Assembly (NCBI GenBank): GCA_030827135.1
Contig: JAURFE010000003.1
Location: 12,923 to 76,922, forward strand
Source: Vicinamibacterales bacterium
GTDB lineage: Bacteria; Acidobacteriota; Vicinamibacteria; Vicinamibacterales; SCN-69-37
Direction of reading: 5' to 3'
DNA length: 64,000 nucleotides
Part shown: positions 63,147 through 64,000 of the stretch, piece after piece
How the letters are laid out: each line of letters begins with the position of its first letter
How positions within the stretch are numbered: the first letter of the stretch is position 1
The notes under the pieces: generated by a model
The model's input: only the letters and a program-made list of their open reading frames with translations
What the model was told of the DNA's origin: nothing
The model's database searches: none
Program-made: the position numbers and the translations under genes

Positions 63147-64000
63147 ATGATGTCCATTCGTGCCGTCTCCAAAGTCATCTCCGCTCAACCCACCCTGGAA
63201 GGTGCCGGCGTCAAGCTGCATCGGGGATTCGGGTTTGGCAACACCTCGGATTTCGATCCGTTCCTGCTCTTCGACGACTTCCGCGGTGAGAAGCCGCCGG
63301 ACTACAAGGCGGGGTTCCCCTGGCACCCGCATCGCGGCATCGAGACCATCACGTACGTGCTGGCCGGCACCGTGCACCATGGCGACAGCCTCGGTAACGT
63401 CGGCGCGCTGAAGGCCGGCGACGTCCAGTGGATGACGGCCGGCAGCGGCATCATCCACCAGGAGATGCCCGAGGGCGACGATCAGGGCCGCATGCACGGA
63501 TTCCAGCTCTGGGCCAACCTGCCGAAGTCACTGAAGATGACGGCACCGCGGTATCAGGAAGTCACCGCCAACGACATCCCGGACATCGTGGATGACGATG
63601 GGACCCGGGTGAAGGTGGTGGTGGGCAACTTCTGGGGCAAGAAGGGCCCCGTGGATGGAATTGCCGCCGATCCGGTGTATCTCGATGTGTCCGTGCCGCC
63701 GGGCAGGCGCAAGACGCTGCCGGTGGAAACGTCGCGTCACGCGTTCGCCTACGTCTTCGCGGGTTCCGGGTCGTTCCGTGATGCGTCCGCGCCGCAGGGC
63801 GTCCTCACTGACACCACGGGCACGGACATCGACGACAAGCCCGTGCTCGACCTGACAGGCAACCGATCGCTCATTCTGTTCGATCGGGGCGATGAGGTGA
63901 CTGTGCAGGCGGGTCCTGAAGGGATCCGGTTCCTGCTCGTGTCGGGCAAACCCCTCGGTGAACCCATCGCGTGGCACGGCCCGATCGTCATGAACACCCA
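63147..64000 (+). CDS. pirin-family protein (3' end outside the window)
   Basis: Open frame from ATGATG at 63147: MMSIRAVSKVISAQPTLEGAGVKLHRGFGF...FPWHPHRGIETITYVLAG...WMTAGSGIIHQE. It is not in the ORF track because no stop occurs before the window ends. GAGG lies 4 nt upstream. Confidence 0.9.
   Translation, partial: MMSIRAVSKVISAQPTLEGAGVKLHRGFGFGNTSDFDPFLLFDDFRGEKPPDYKAGFPWHPHRGIETITYVLAGTVHHGDSLGNVGALKAGDVQWMTAGSGIIHQEMPEGDDQGRMHGFQLWANLPKSLKMTAPRYQEVTANDIPDIVDDDGTRVKVVVGNFWGKKGPVDGIAADPVYLDVSVPPGRRKTLPVETSRHAFAYVFAGSGSFRDASAPQGVLTDTTGTDIDDKPVLDLTGNRSLILFDRGDEVTVQAGPEGIRFLLVSGKPLGEPIAWHGPIVMNT

Overview
High-GC (by eye about 65-70% G+C), densely coding bacterial chromosomal window. I support about 53 protein genes and found no rRNA, tRNA, CRISPR array or intact mobile element. 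Many CarboxypepD_reg-type secreted proteins and TonB-dependent receptors suggest an Acidobacteriota-like organism (inference only). Most of the window is housekeeping: eno-gpmA, split methylmalonyl-CoA mutase large subunit, acs, myo-inositol-1-phosphate synthase, polA, pcnB, serC, ychF, map, cystathionine beta-synthase and pirin. The accessory or unusual parts are listed below. (1) The 5' end carries a UbiA/DPPR-synthase-like prenyltransferase, a coiled-coil protein and four translationally coupled GT4 glycosyltransferases in mirror order (A-B-B'-A'), next to a PDZ-containing sensor kinase and a sigma-54 response regulator. (2) A 1521-aa secreted multi-repeat surface protein (Ig-like/cadherin-like, Big_3-like and MBG repeats) ends in an unrecognised Cys-bracketed C-terminal domain. 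Its reading frame continues past the TAG stop into a decayed Ig-like repeat and a second, shorter copy of that C-terminal domain. The gene is preceded by a 222-bp island of about 34% G+C. (3) At least 11 start codons lie 6-8 nt downstream of a TAnnnT hexamer, including three divergent gene pairs separated by only 23-38 nt. This points to widespread leaderless transcription, and two loci share the core TATATCATTCGG. (4) A REP-like palindrome family (GGCGCGCT-N7-AGCGCGCC, often flanked by GTAGGG/CCCTAC) occurs at six intergenic sites. (5) Gene remnants are present: a frameshifted TonB C-terminal-domain gene, an orphan CarboxypepD_reg-like C-terminal fragment and a truncated VapC/PIN 3' end. I did not find a clear-cut new multi-gene system such as a defence island. 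The surface-protein locus and the promoter architecture are the most noteworthy items.
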